Shown here one piece after another: positions 8,690 through 18,127 of a stretch of 32,000 nt of DNA. Where the stretch lies: assembly GCA_017435565.1 (NCBI GenBank), contig JAFSEU010000027.1, forward strand, positions 1-32,000. The letters run 5' to 3'. Under the pieces are notes generated by a model, which was not told the origin of the DNA, did not search any database, and saw only the letters and a list, made by a program, of their open reading frames with translations. The DNA is from Oscillospiraceae bacterium. Lineage in GTDB: Bacteria; Bacillota; Clostridia; Oscillospirales; Ruminococcaceae. The first letter of the stretch is position 1; each line of letters starts with the position of its first letter. The position numbers were made by a program, and so were the translations under genes.

Positions 8690-9439
8690 ATGGCTGAAAT
8701 GAATGTAATCGCTATCACCTCAGGTAAAGGTGGAACAGGTAAATCATCAATTTGCGCAGGTCTCGGATATTCACTTTCAAAGCAGGGCAAGCGCACACTT
8801 ATCATTGAGCTTGACTTCGGCTTAAGATGTATGGACATCATTTTCGGCGTTAAAGATCAGATCAAATACGACCTTGGCGACGTTCTTGAAGGAAAATGCA
8901 AAGATATACAAGAGGCTATCGTTCCTGTAAAAATGTCAACAAACCTTAATATTCTCTGCGCACCCGAGAATCCTTTTATGGTTGTCACGGCAGACCAGAT
9001 TGCCGACATCTGTCAGCAGGTCAAAAAATATTACGACTACATAATTATCGATACAGGCGCAGGCATCAACAGCCACGTATTTGATATTGTCGAACAGTCA
9101 AATATGATTCTTGTTGTAACAACACCCGACCCGATTTGTGTTCGTGACGCAAGAATGATGTCGGATGAATTCTACAAGAGAGGCAACCAGCATCAGCGTC
9201 TTCTCATCAACAAGGTAAGCAGAAGAATGCTCAAAACCGGCATTATAAACGACCTTGACGAGATCATCGACAATGTCGGCGTTCAGCTTATCGGTATAAT
9301 CCCCGAAGATCTTGAGCTTATTGCCGCAACAGGTAAAGGTGCACCCATCCCCTACGGCGCAACAAGCCTTCTTGCATTTGATTCGATTTCAAGAAGAATA
9401 CAGGGACAGGATGTTCCTCTGACACTCAAGTTTAAATAA
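8690..9439 (+). CDS. MinD/ParA-family P-loop ATPase (orphan; no MinC/MinE nearby)
   Basis: A deviant Walker A (SGKGGTGKSS) and a Walker B (IIIDTGAG) are present. The overall layout is MinD-like, but no C-terminal amphipathic membrane-targeting helix is recognisable. Confidence 0.8.
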   Translation: MAEMNVIAITSGKGGTGKSSICAGLGYSLSKQGKRTLIIELDFGLRCMDIIFGVKDQIKYDLGDVLEGKCKDIQEAIVPVKMSTNLNILCAPENPFMVVTADQIADICQQVKKYYDYIIIDTGAGINSHVFDIVEQSNMILVVTTPDPICVRDARMMSDEFYKRGNQHQRLLINKVSRRMLKTGIINDLDEIIDNVGVQLIGIIPEDLELIAATGKGAPIPYGATSLLAFDSISRRIQGQDVPLTLKFK

Positions 9440-9510
9440 GGGTTTCCCAAAAAATTGACTGTGCAGCATTAAATTTATGAATCTGCACGGAAGAAAGGTA
9501 CGGAAAATAT

Positions 9511-9933
9511 ATGAATATTGCATTGATTGCACACGACGCAAAAAAAGAACTTATGGTTCAGTTCTGCATTGCCTACTGCGGAATTCTCTCCCGTCATAAT
9601 CTCTGCGCTACCGGCACGACCGGCAAGCAGGTTTCCGAAGCAACAGGACTTGAAATAACCAAATATTTAAGCGGTTCACACGGCGGCGCTCAGCAGATTT
9701 GCGCAAGAATCGCCTGCAACGAAATCGACGTTCTTCTCTTCTTCCGTGACCCCATCACACCGCAGGCGCACGAGCCTAATGATAATGACCTTTTAAGACT
9801 TTGCGATGTACACAACGTTCCCGTTGCTACGAACATTGCAACCGCTGAGGCGCTTATCCACGCTCTCGAAAGAGGCGACCTTGACTGGCGTGAAATCGTT
9901 AATCCTACTTATAACAAGAAAAGCTCTTATTAA
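9511..9933 (+). CDS. mgsA: Methylglyoxal synthase
   Basis: [15 protein letters not shown]...ATGTTG...GSHGGAQQI...FFRDP...[22 protein letters not shown] is the canonical MgsA sequence pattern. Length is 140 aa. Confidence 0.9.
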   Translation: MNIALIAHDAKKELMVQFCIAYCGILSRHNLCATGTTGKQVSEATGLEITKYLSGSHGGAQQICARIACNEIDVLLFFRDPITPQAHEPNDNDLLRLCDVHNVPVATNIATAEALIHALERGDLDWREIVNPTYNKKSSY

Positions 9934-9950
9934 AATTCAATCAACAACAT

Positions 9951-9983
9951 CGTCCCTGAAATTTTAAGGGACGTGTTTGTTTT
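9951..9983 (+). terminator. Rho-independent terminator or attenuator between mgsA and hisS
   Basis: The stem is CGTCCCT (9951-9957) paired with AGGGACG (9967-9973), followed by TGTTTGTTTT. The T-tract runs directly into the hisS RBS (AAGGAG, 9984-9989). Confidence 0.6.
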
Positions 9984-9994
9984 AAGGAGAAATT

Positions 9995-11299
9995 ATGGCA
10001 CAAAACTTACAGCGACCCTACGGAACCGAAGATGTAACTCCCGATAGAATTCGCAAATGGCATACTGTTGAACAGGTAGTATCCCAGAATGCAGAAGCAT
10101 TCGGATTCCGTGAAATCCGCATTCCCACATTTGAAAATACAGATTTGTTTATGCGCTCTGTGGGCGAAACCACCGACGTTGTTCAGAAAGAAATGTACAC
10201 AGTTTCTGCAAAGCAAAGCACCTTTACACTGCGCCCCGAAGGTACAGCGGGCGTAATGCGCTCGTTTTTGCAGAACGGACTTCTCAACGAAGCTCTTCCC
10301 ATAAAGGTTTATTACATACTTTCATGCTTCCGCCACGAAAGACCTCAGGCAGGCAGACTGCGTGAGTTTCACCAGTTCGGCATTGAAATGGCAGGCTCTG
10401 CTTCACCCTATGCTGACGCAGAAGTCATCAGCCTTGCCAAATCTATCATTGACCAACTGGGTCTGAAAAATATCGAGCTTAATCTCAACTCAATCGGCTG
10501 TCCGAAATGCCGAGCAAATTACCATTTAGCACTAAAGGAATATTTTTCAACCCGAAAGGACGAGCTTTGCGAAACCTGCCTTACAAGACTCGAACGCAAC
10601 CCAATGCGCCTGCTCGACTGCAAGAGCGAAATCTGCTCTGAAATTGCAAAAGACGCACCTTTGATTATTGACTATCTCTGCGACGAGTGTGCAGAGCACT
10701 TTGAACAGCTCAAATCCATCCTTTGCGCTATGGATATTGATTTTAAAGTAAACCCAAAGATCGTGCGCGGTCTTGATTATTATACCAGAACCGTGTTTGA
10801 GTTTGTCACAACAGATATCGGCGCACAGGGTACAATCTGCGGCGGCGGACGTTATGACGGACTGATTGAAGAGCTTGGCGGCAAGGCAACACCTTCATTA
10901 GGCTTTGCAATGGGTCTCGAAAGGCTTATAATGACAATGGAAAATCAGGGCTGCGATTTTATTGAGGAAAAGAAATGTGATTTGTATATTTGCCCGATGG
11001 GTGAAAAAGCATATACCGAAGCGGCAAAAATCGCTTATAAAATGCGCTCAATAGGTCACGAGGTCGCTTTTGATACAATGAACCGCGGGCTTAAAGCGCA
11101 GATGAAATATGCAAACAAAATCGGCGCAAAATATGTTGTGGTATTAGGCGATAACGAAATCGAATCCGGTTTTGCCAAGCTCAAAAATATGGCAAGCGGC
11201 GAACAGTTTGACATTTCGCTTGATCTTTCTTCCGAAAACGGCTTTGTAGATTCGTTCGTAAATATTTATTATTCCGAAGCTTTCGGCTCACTGGAATAA
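9995..11299 (+). CDS. hisS: Histidine--tRNA ligase
   Basis: Class II motifs are present: FTLRPEGTA, CFRHERPQAGRLREFHQFG, and GGGRYDGL. A C-terminal anticodon-binding domain is also present. Confidence 0.95.
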   Translation: MAQNLQRPYGTEDVTPDRIRKWHTVEQVVSQNAEAFGFREIRIPTFENTDLFMRSVGETTDVVQKEMYTVSAKQSTFTLRPEGTAGVMRSFLQNGLLNEALPIKVYYILSCFRHERPQAGRLREFHQFGIEMAGSASPYADAEVISLAKSIIDQLGLKNIELNLNSIGCPKCRANYHLALKEYFSTRKDELCETCLTRLERNPMRLLDCKSEICSEIAKDAPLIIDYLCDECAEHFEQLKSILCAMDIDFKVNPKIVRGLDYYTRTVFEFVTTDIGAQGTICGGGRYDGLIEELGGKATPSLGFAMGLERLIMTMENQGCDFIEEKKCDLYICPMGEKAYTEAAKIAYKMRSIGHEVAFDTMNRGLKAQMKYANKIGAKYVVVLGDNEIESGFAKLKNMASGEQFDISLDLSSENGFVDSFVNIYYSEAFGSLE

Positions 11300-11335
11300 T
11301 TATATTTTAACCGATATAAAAGGAGTATATTATTT

Positions 11336-13111
11336 ATGGCAGACAATATGAAAGGCTTGAAGCGTACTCACTACTGCGCTCAGATAAACAAAGCAGGCGA
11401 AAGCGTCGTTGTCGGCGGTTTCGTCCAGAAAATCAGAGATAAGGGCAAGCTCGTCTTCATCGATTTGCGTGACCGCAGCGGTGTTGTTCAGCTTACTTTT
11501 GATGACAGAACCGAAAGTGCGATTCTTGAAAAGGCACAGACCTGCCGAAGCGAATTCGTGCTTATGGCAAAGGGAACTGTTGTTGAGCGTGAGGCTCCCA
11601 ATCCCGAAATGATTACCGGTAATTTTGAAATTCTTGTTGATGATTTGCGCATTCTTGCAAAATCTCAGACACCGCCCTTTGAAATCGTAAACGATACAAA
11701 GGTCAACGAGGAATTAAGGCTCAAGTACCGCTATCTTGATTTAAGACGCTCTGCATTGCAGCAGAATTTGATAACGCGTCACAACCTTGCAAAAGCCGCA
11801 AGGGAATATTTCTTTGAAAATGATTTCATCGAAATCGAAACACCAATGCTTATAAAATCCACACCCGAAGGCGCAAGAGATTACCTTGTCCCCTCCCGTG
11901 TGCACAACGGCAGCTTTTATGCACTCCCCCAGTCGCCGCAGATTTATAAGCAGCTTTGTATGATTTCAGGTCTTGACAGATATTTCCAATTGGCAAGATG
12001 CTTCAGAGACGAGGACCTTCGTGCTGACAGACAGCCCGAATTCACCCAGATCGACCTTGAAATGTCGTTTGTAGATGTTGATGATATTTTGGAAATGGCA
12101 GAAGGCTTTGTGGCATACGCTTTTGAAAAGGTCTTAGGCGTAAAAATCAATACTCCCATTCAGAGACTGACATATACCGAATCAATGAACCGCTATGGCA
12201 CGGACAAGCCCGATACACGTTTCGGAATGGAAATTACTGACATTTCCGAAGATGTTAAGGATTGTGGCTTCGGTGTGTTTACAGGTGCAATTGAAAACGG
12301 CGGAAGTGTACGCTGCATTGTTGCAAAAAATGCTGCCGCAACCTATACAAGAAAAGAAATCGACAAGCTCACAGAGGTTGCCAAGGGTATCGGTGCTAAA
12401 GGCCTTGCATATGTCCGCTGGGCTGACGACACCCCAAACTGCTCGTTTGCAAAATTCTTTGAAGCTGACGCATTAAACGCTCTTCTTGCAAAAATCGGCT
12501 GTGAAAAGGGCGACGTCGCATTGTTTGTTGCAGATAAAAACAAGACTGTTCTTTCCGTGCTCGGCGCACTGCGCTGCCAGGTCGCAAAGCGTCTTGATAT
12601 AATCCCCGATCAGTATAATTTCCTCTGGATTACAGATTTTCCCTTCTTTGAATATGACGAGGATTCACAAACTTATGTGGCAATGCATCACCCTTTTACA
12701 ATGCCCAAGGATGAATGCATTGAATATCTTGATACCAATCCCGAAAAGGTTTTTGCCAAGGCATATGACCTTGTTCTCAACGGAATCGAACTTTCCAGCG
12801 GCTCTATCCGCATAACAGATTATGAGCTTCAGCAGAGAATGTTCCGTTCATTGGGACTTACCGATGAAGAAATCGAAGCAAAATTCGGCTTCCTTGTTGA
12901 AGCATATAAATACGGCGCACCGCCCCACGGCGGACTCGGCATTGGTCTTGACAGACTTGCAATGCTTATGTGCGGTGCCGATAACCTTCGTGACGTTACT
13001 GCATTCCCCAAGGTGCAGAATGCAAGCGAGCTTATGAGCTGCTGCCCTGCCCCCGTTGACAAAGAAAGCCTTGATATTCTTGGAATCGAGCTTTCCAAAA
13101 CAGAAGGATAA
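11336..13111 (+). CDS. aspS: Aspartate--tRNA ligase
   Basis: An N-terminal OB fold is followed by LPQSPQIYKQL, CFRDEDLRADRQPEFTQID, a GAD insertion, and GGLGIGLDRL. hisS-aspS is the classic Firmicute gene order. Confidence 0.95.
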   Translation: MADNMKGLKRTHYCAQINKAGESVVVGGFVQKIRDKGKLVFIDLRDRSGVVQLTFDDRTESAILEKAQTCRSEFVLMAKGTVVEREAPNPEMITGNFEILVDDLRILAKSQTPPFEIVNDTKVNEELRLKYRYLDLRRSALQQNLITRHNLAKAAREYFFENDFIEIETPMLIKSTPEGARDYLVPSRVHNGSFYALPQSPQIYKQLCMISGLDRYFQLARCFRDEDLRADRQPEFTQIDLEMSFVDVDDILEMAEGFVAYAFEKVLGVKINTPIQRLTYTESMNRYGTDKPDTRFGMEITDISEDVKDCGFGVFTGAIENGGSVRCIVAKNAAATYTRKEIDKLTEVAKGIGAKGLAYVRWADDTPNCSFAKFFEADALNALLAKIGCEKGDVALFVADKNKTVLSVLGALRCQVAKRLDIIPDQYNFLWITDFPFFEYDEDSQTYVAMHHPFTMPKDECIEYLDTNPEKVFAKAYDLVLNGIELSSGSIRITDYELQQRMFRSLGLTDEEIEAKFGFLVEAYKYGAPPHGGLGIGLDRLAMLMCGADNLRDVTAFPKVQNASELMSCCPAPVDKESLDILGIELSKTEG

Positions 13112-13116
13112 CAATA

Positions 13117-13151
13117 AAAATCAGAGCAGTTTAATTTTCTGCTCTGATTTT
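13117..13151 (+). terminator. Rho-independent terminator after aspS
   Basis: A 13-bp stem pairs AAAATCAGAGCAG (13117-13129) with CTGCTCTGATTTT (13139-13151), and the 3' arm ends in a T run. Confidence 0.75.
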
Positions 13152-13181
13152 GCAATTTCTTTAATTTAATGAGACATAATA

Positions 13182-14498
13182 ATGGATAATATATGGCTGA
13201 TGCTTTTGCTGCAGCTATTACTGATAGGACTTAATGCAATTTTTGCCTGTGCAGAAATTGCTGTTATTACAATAAACGAAAACAAACTCGAAAGACTTTC
13301 CGAACAAGGCAACAAAAAAGCAAAAAAGCTGCAAAAGCTCAAATCAGAGCCCGCCAGATTTTTGGCAACTATTCAGGTTGCAATCACACTTTCGGGCTTT
13401 TTGGGAAGTGCTTTTGCTGCTGATAATTTTTCTGACAGGCTTGTAAGCTGGGTACTTTCTCTCGGCATAGGCATACCCAAAAGCACACTCGATACCGTAT
13501 CAGTCATCCTTATCACTCTGATACTCTCATATTTCACGCTTATTCTCGGTGAGCTTGTCCCCAAGCGTGTTGCGATGCAAAAAGCTGAAAGCCTTGCTCT
13601 TGTACTGTCATCACTTGTATATTTTATATCAAAATTCTTCAAGCCGATTGTATCCTTCCTTACCTTTTCAACCAATACAATTCTGAGGATTATGAGAATC
13701 GACCCAAACAAAACCGATGATGATATGAGCGAAGAGGATATCAGAATGATGATTGACGCCGGTAGCAGAAACGGTGCAATCGATAATGACGAAAAGACCC
13801 TTATTCATAATATTTTTGAATTTGATGATATGACCGCGGGCGAAATTGCTACTCACAGAACGGACGTCAAGGTTCTGCTTCTCAGCCAGACAGATGAAGA
13901 GTGGGACGATATCATAAGAAACGGTCATCACGGAAAATATCCCGTATGCAGTGAAAGTGCGGACAAAGTCACGGGAATACTTGATACAAAGGTTTATTTC
14001 AGACTCAAATCATATGACAGGGAAACTGTAATGAAAAATGCTGTAAAGCCTGCGTATTTCGTGCCCGAAGGCGTAAATGCCGAGGTGCTTTTCAAGAATA
14101 TGAAAGCAACGCACAATTATTTTGCCGTCGTGCTTGATGAATACGGCGGAATGACAGGTATCATCACAATCACCGATTTGATTGAAGAGCTTATCGGCGA
14201 TATTGAAACCGACCCCGAAAAAGGCGAATATATTCCCGATATCGAAGAAGTTACCGACGAAAGCGGAACCTTCTGGCTAATAAAAGGCTCTGCCTTTATC
14301 GACGATATAAAAAGAGAAATCGGAATCACCTTTCCTGAAACCGAGTGCGATACCTTCGGAGGATTTGTCTTCGCCGCAATCGGTGTTATCCCGAAGGACG
14401 GAAGCTCTCTCGAACTGAATTTTGACAGCTTTACAATTGATTCGACCGAAATTTCAAACCATCATCTTGTCAAAGCACGGCTTCGTGCAAAGAAATAA
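13182..14498 (+). CDS. CNNM(DUF21)-CBS-CorC_HlyC family transporter ('hemolysin family protein')
   Basis: An N-terminal 4-TM DUF21 domain contains ACAEIAVI. This is followed by LGELVPKR, a CBS pair, and a C-terminal CorC/HlyC domain (GGFVFAAIG). Confidence 0.85.
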   Translation: MDNIWLMLLLQLLLIGLNAIFACAEIAVITINENKLERLSEQGNKKAKKLQKLKSEPARFLATIQVAITLSGFLGSAFAADNFSDRLVSWVLSLGIGIPKSTLDTVSVILITLILSYFTLILGELVPKRVAMQKAESLALVLSSLVYFISKFFKPIVSFLTFSTNTILRIMRIDPNKTDDDMSEEDIRMMIDAGSRNGAIDNDEKTLIHNIFEFDDMTAGEIATHRTDVKVLLLSQTDEEWDDIIRNGHHGKYPVCSESADKVTGILDTKVYFRLKSYDRETVMKNAVKPAYFVPEGVNAEVLFKNMKATHNYFAVVLDEYGGMTGIITITDLIEELIGDIETDPEKGEYIPDIEEVTDESGTFWLIKGSAFIDDIKREIGITFPETECDTFGGFVFAAIGVIPKDGSSLELNFDSFTIDSTEISNHHLVKARLRAKK

Positions 14499-14504
14499 CC
14501 CAAA

Positions 14505-14548
14505 CGAAAAGGCGCTTTTGAATGTTTTCAAAAGCGCCTTATGTTTTT
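14505..14548. terminator. Bidirectional terminator between the convergent CNNM and GH9 genes
   Basis: A perfect 14-bp stem pairs AAGGCGCTTTTGAA (14509-14522) with TTCAAAAGCGCCTT (14527-14540). It is flanked by an A run on the left and a T run on the right. Confidence 0.75.
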
Positions 14549-14549
14549 A

Positions 14550-16781
14550 TCACATGCTCTCAACAGGGAATACTGTAATTACTTTAAGTGCATATCTGGT
14601 GATTATCGTCGCGTCAATAGAATTTATTTTTCCGTCGCCATTTACATCGCAGCACACCTGTGCTTCTTCGGAAAGCGTCAAAACGTTGAGTGCAGCTCTT
14701 GTTACTATTGTCGCATCGATAGAATTAACATTACCGTCACCGTTGGCATCGCCGTAAACAATAGTTGTTTCCGGTTCTTCAGGTTGTTCAGGTTCCTCGG
14801 GTTCAACAGGTGTTTCGGGTATTGTTCCGTCGGGCTCTGTGCCATAAACAAGCGTGCCGGCCTGATAAACAGTAACATAATCGGAAACAATGAATTCACC
14901 GACATTTTCGAGCAAATCCGTGTTGGAATAGTCGTTTTCCGCATTCCATCCGCTACCATAATTAGGGAAAACAACCGCCAGCATAAACTCGCACTGATGG
15001 CGTCCTTCCGAAATGGGTATTGCCGCCCTTCCATCAGCATAAACAATCTCAATATAATAAATATTATCTTTATAATGATTCAAAGAATATGTCGCGGGGG
15101 TTACGTCTGAATACATCTTAGCCTGGTCTCTGTCACAGCGCATTGTAATATCTGTTGCAGAATAACCTGCTTCAATGACTTCGCTAAGGTCCATATAATA
15201 TCTGTACGAAATATCATCAACAACTCTTGCGGGCCAAGCAGTGTGATTTGTAATTTTAAAGCTCAGGTCAACACCGCTTGCAGATGTTTTTGAAAGCTTT
15301 GTTTCAACATAAATTTCCGTGTCGGGTGTTTCCTCGACGGGGAAATCTGGGTCGGTCTGACCGCCGTATTTATCAACCATCTTGCAGAGCAATGCGGTAA
15401 AGCCTGCATTATAGTCAGTCGCAACCTCGTTGTTGATATAGTTTCCTCTGTCGTCCTCATATTCGCCGCCCTGTGTAGGTCCGCCGACAAGCGCACCATA
15501 AAGTATGTGGCGGTTTTCCGTCGGATTGTCAAGCGAATTGTTCCACGAAGCGTGAGCCGTTCGGTGATGTGCATTTATCGGCGAATTTTCACCTAAGCCC
15601 ACAACAAAAGAATGTCCCAAAGGGTTATCGCCCAAAGTATAGTTTATCTGGTCCTCATAAAGCTGAACATATGTATCGAGCTTTGAATCGTCATAGAAAA
15701 GCTCATCACAGGCAACTGCCGCAATAAAGCCGACGTTGCAGGCATATCGCAGACATCCCCAGGTGCCGACATAACAAAGACCGCCGTCAAGCTTCGATGT
15801 GCTGTTCACCCAATAATCAAGGTGTTTTCTAACCTGCTCCTTCCAGGTCGCATCGCCTGTATTTATTGCATAAAGCAAGGTTCCGCCCTGCTGAACGTCG
15901 TCCCAGCACTGTGCCCAACTGTATTTAAGCTCACTTGTGCCGTTTTCTAATCCGAGATTAGGTATAAAGCCCGTTGCCGCATCAAGATACTCCTGCTCAC
16001 CGGTTGCAATATAAAGCCAGTTTGCGGCATAGAAAAGCTCATCATAAAAATGGCTTGAGCGGTAAAAACCCGAAGCGTCACTGTTGTTGTAATTTTCATC
16101 AGTCAGCGACGTTGAAGCAATTTCAAAATAGTGCTTTGCAGTTTCGATGTACTCATCGCACTTATCAGTATATCCGTCAAGAGCAGCCGCACCCGCCGCC
16201 AAAGCAGCCGCCATCTCACCTACAACGGCAGAATCAGTTGTTGTGTAATACGGTCTTTCATAAACACCGTTGCTGTTTTCGCCCAGACCTTCATAATAAA
16301 GTTCAACAGGGCCCCACCAAGTGTGGTCCTCCTGACCATTGCCCACCTGGAACACAACCGTATCGCCAAGGTTGCAGTCCACAAGATAATCAAGCACAAA
16401 TTCAAGATTGTTCTGATAAATCTCCCACTGACCGATTTCCTTGATGCCATTAGGATACTGATACATACCCCATGCAAGCATCGACGCTGAATAAGCCATC
16501 GGCAGGTTGAATTTTACATGGTCACCTGCGTCATACCAGCCACCGTCGATAAAATCATCGGTCGTAGCACTGCTGCGCCACGAAACTCTGTTCCACTCAG
16601 GAAGATTTCCCGCCTGCTGACATTCGTAAAAAAACAGCGACATCTGCAGTGCCTGTGCGTATGGCATATCGCTTGCAGCCGAAATTTCAACAGCATTGTC
16701 AACACTAACGTCAAACACAAGCATAGATGCCGCAACAGAAAACGCCGACAAAACGCTCAGTACTCTTTTAATAAGCTTCAT
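14550..16781 (-). CDS. Secreted cellulosomal endoglucanase: GH9 catalytic domain - CBM3c - Pro/Glu linker - type I dockerin
   Basis: A signal peptide is present. GH9 signatures are GGWYDAGDHVKFNLPMAYS, HHRTAHASW, and GALVGGP...YEDDRGNYINNEVATDYNA. A CBM3c-like module follows (ITNHTAWPARV...YYIEIVY). The linker is PETPVEPEEPEQPEEPE. The duplicated dockerin Ca-binding segments are GDANGDGNVNSIDAT and DVNGDGKINSIDAT. Confidence 0.9.
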   Translation of the reverse strand: MKLIKRVLSVLSAFSVAASMLVFDVSVDNAVEISAASDMPYAQALQMSLFFYECQQAGNLPEWNRVSWRSSATTDDFIDGGWYDAGDHVKFNLPMAYSASMLAWGMYQYPNGIKEIGQWEIYQNNLEFVLDYLVDCNLGDTVVFQVGNGQEDHTWWGPVELYYEGLGENSNGVYERPYYTTTDSAVVGEMAAALAAGAAALDGYTDKCDEYIETAKHYFEIASTSLTDENYNNSDASGFYRSSHFYDELFYAANWLYIATGEQEYLDAATGFIPNLGLENGTSELKYSWAQCWDDVQQGGTLLYAINTGDATWKEQVRKHLDYWVNSTSKLDGGLCYVGTWGCLRYACNVGFIAAVACDELFYDDSKLDTYVQLYEDQINYTLGDNPLGHSFVVGLGENSPINAHHRTAHASWNNSLDNPTENRHILYGALVGGPTQGGEYEDDRGNYINNEVATDYNAGFTALLCKMVDKYGGQTDPDFPVEETPDTEIYVETKLSKTSASGVDLSFKITNHTAWPARVVDDISYRYYMDLSEVIEAGYSATDITMRCDRDQAKMYSDVTPATYSLNHYKDNIYYIEIVYADGRAAIPISEGRHQCEFMLAVVFPNYGSGWNAENDYSNTDLLENVGEFIVSDYVTVYQAGTLVYGTEPDGTIPETPVEPEEPEQPEEPETTIVYGDANGDGNVNSIDATIVTRAALNVLTLSEEAQVCCDVNGDGKINSIDATIITRYALKVITVFPVESM

Positions 16782-16826
16782 AAATTCACTCTCCCATATA
16801 ATTTTTTAAACGTATCATACATCTAT

Positions 16827-16856
16827 ATTATCTCACAAGCAAAAGCAATATGTCAA
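16827..16856 (-). promoter_or_regulatory. Candidate promoter of the GH9 gene
   Basis: The minus strand reads TTGACA (16856-16851), an 18-nt spacer, then GATAAT (16832-16827). Confidence 0.4.
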
Positions 16857-16864
16857 TAGCTTTT

Positions 16865-17923
16865 TCAGCTGTTATACAGATCATAGACCTTTTTTACATA
16901 TTCTTTGAATTTTTCGCGCTCGGAATCGGGTGACATAATGCAGGCTCTGTCACCAAACTGCATAAGCCAGCCGTAGAAATTTGGCGAAACGTTTATATCA
17001 AGAACAACATTGAATGTATTTTCATCATTTGCATAAGCCTTTATCTGTCTGCCGAATTTGTCAATTACAGGATTCAAAAGCTCATTTGCAAACCTAAGCT
17101 TAATTGATTTTGACTCGCCGAAATACATTCCGAAAACCTGATGTGAATACTGTGACAGATTATATTGCGGCAGCGCCTTTTTTGAACGCTTGTCTTCAAT
17201 CTCAATAAGCTCCATTCTGTCCACACGGAACGGCGTAATTTTATCACCGTGGCGCTCATAATGGCAAAGCAGATAATAGTTTTCGTTATCCCAGTTGAGC
17301 ATATACGGGCTGACTATGTATCTTTCGCCGTTTCTTCGAAACTCCTTTTTCCCTGCCATATTGTAATCAAAGTATTTGAACGAGACCATTTTGTTTTCAA
17401 CAATCGCTCTGTGCAGCTTGTCCACATTGTAATATACACGCTCATTCGAGGATTTTCCGCGGTTAGTCACCTTGATATTACGCTCTAAGTTCTTAGCCTC
17501 GTGAATGCTTGCAAGCTTTGAAATCTTTGCAATAAGCTTTCTCGACTTGGTTTCTGAAATAAACTTTGATGAAGCAACCGCATCAACCAAAAGCTTTAAT
17601 TCGGCAGTTTCAAACTCACGTCCGTCAAGATAATATTTGAAATGCCTGTCCTTAATTGAGTTAATTTCAAAGCCAAACTCCCGTATCACTTCAAAATCAT
17701 CATATATAGTCTTTCTTTCGGCATCGATTCCGCTTTGAGCAAGATGCTCAATAATTTCCGCAACAGAAAACCTGTGCTCGCTATCGCTGTTAATATACAA
17801 AAACTCCAGAATTTTAAGAATGCGGCGCTTCTGGTTTGCAGATTTTGCCAAAATACCAACTCCTTCGCGAAAATTTACATAATCCTCCATATACACTATA
17901 ACACTAATTTGCGTGATTTTCAA
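16865..17923 (-). CDS. WYL-domain transcriptional regulator (N-terminal wHTH + WYL + C-terminal WCX-like region)
   Basis: The N-terminal HTH reads RRILKILEFLYINSDSEHRFSVAEIIEHL...ERKTIYDDFEVIREFGFEI. The central WYL-type segment reads RYIVSPYMLNWDNENYYLLCHY...ITPFRVDRM. The track start is a TTG with AGGA 8 nt upstream. An alternative ATG (MEDYVNF) lies at 17890. Confidence 0.75.
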   Translation of the reverse strand: MKITQISVIVYMEDYVNFREGVGILAKSANQKRRILKILEFLYINSDSEHRFSVAEIIEHLAQSGIDAERKTIYDDFEVIREFGFEINSIKDRHFKYYLDGREFETAELKLLVDAVASSKFISETKSRKLIAKISKLASIHEAKNLERNIKVTNRGKSSNERVYYNVDKLHRAIVENKMVSFKYFDYNMAGKKEFRRNGERYIVSPYMLNWDNENYYLLCHYERHGDKITPFRVDRMELIEIEDKRSKKALPQYNLSQYSHQVFGMYFGESKSIKLRFANELLNPVIDKFGRQIKAYANDENTFNVVLDINVSPNFYGWLMQFGDRACIMSPDSEREKFKEYVKKVYDLYNS

Positions 17924-18060
17924 GCTTCAAATCCTAATTTGTACAATTATTGATATCATAAAAAGCAATATCCCAAGCCAAGCATCATTCAGCATATAAT
18001 AAAAAAGGAAATCATACAAAGAGTCGGATTGCAAAGAAATATTACTCAACCACTTTCAAA

Positions 18061-18089
18061 TTGACTGCTCATCGTATTTTTGCTATAAT
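18061..18089 (+). promoter_or_regulatory. Near-consensus promoter for the 87-aa membrane protein gene
   Basis: TTGACT (18061-18066), a 17-nt spacer, then TGcTATAAT (TATAAT at 18084-18089). An inverted repeat (CTCAG-N8-CTGAG, 18093-18110) lies between the -10 box and the AGGAGGG RBS. Confidence 0.6.
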
Positions 18090-18127
18090 TAGCTCAGCGG
18101 ATATACTGAGTATAGGAGGGAGAGAGA

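Noticed and set aside
14541-16490. Several + strand ORFs (189, 156 and 119 aa), plus off-frame minus-strand ORFs (15263-15574, 16220-16477, 16514-16735), all overlapping the GH9 gene
   Set aside because: All are contained within the 743-aa GH9-CBM3-dockerin reading frame, which has strong family signatures. Their compositions are not protein-like.
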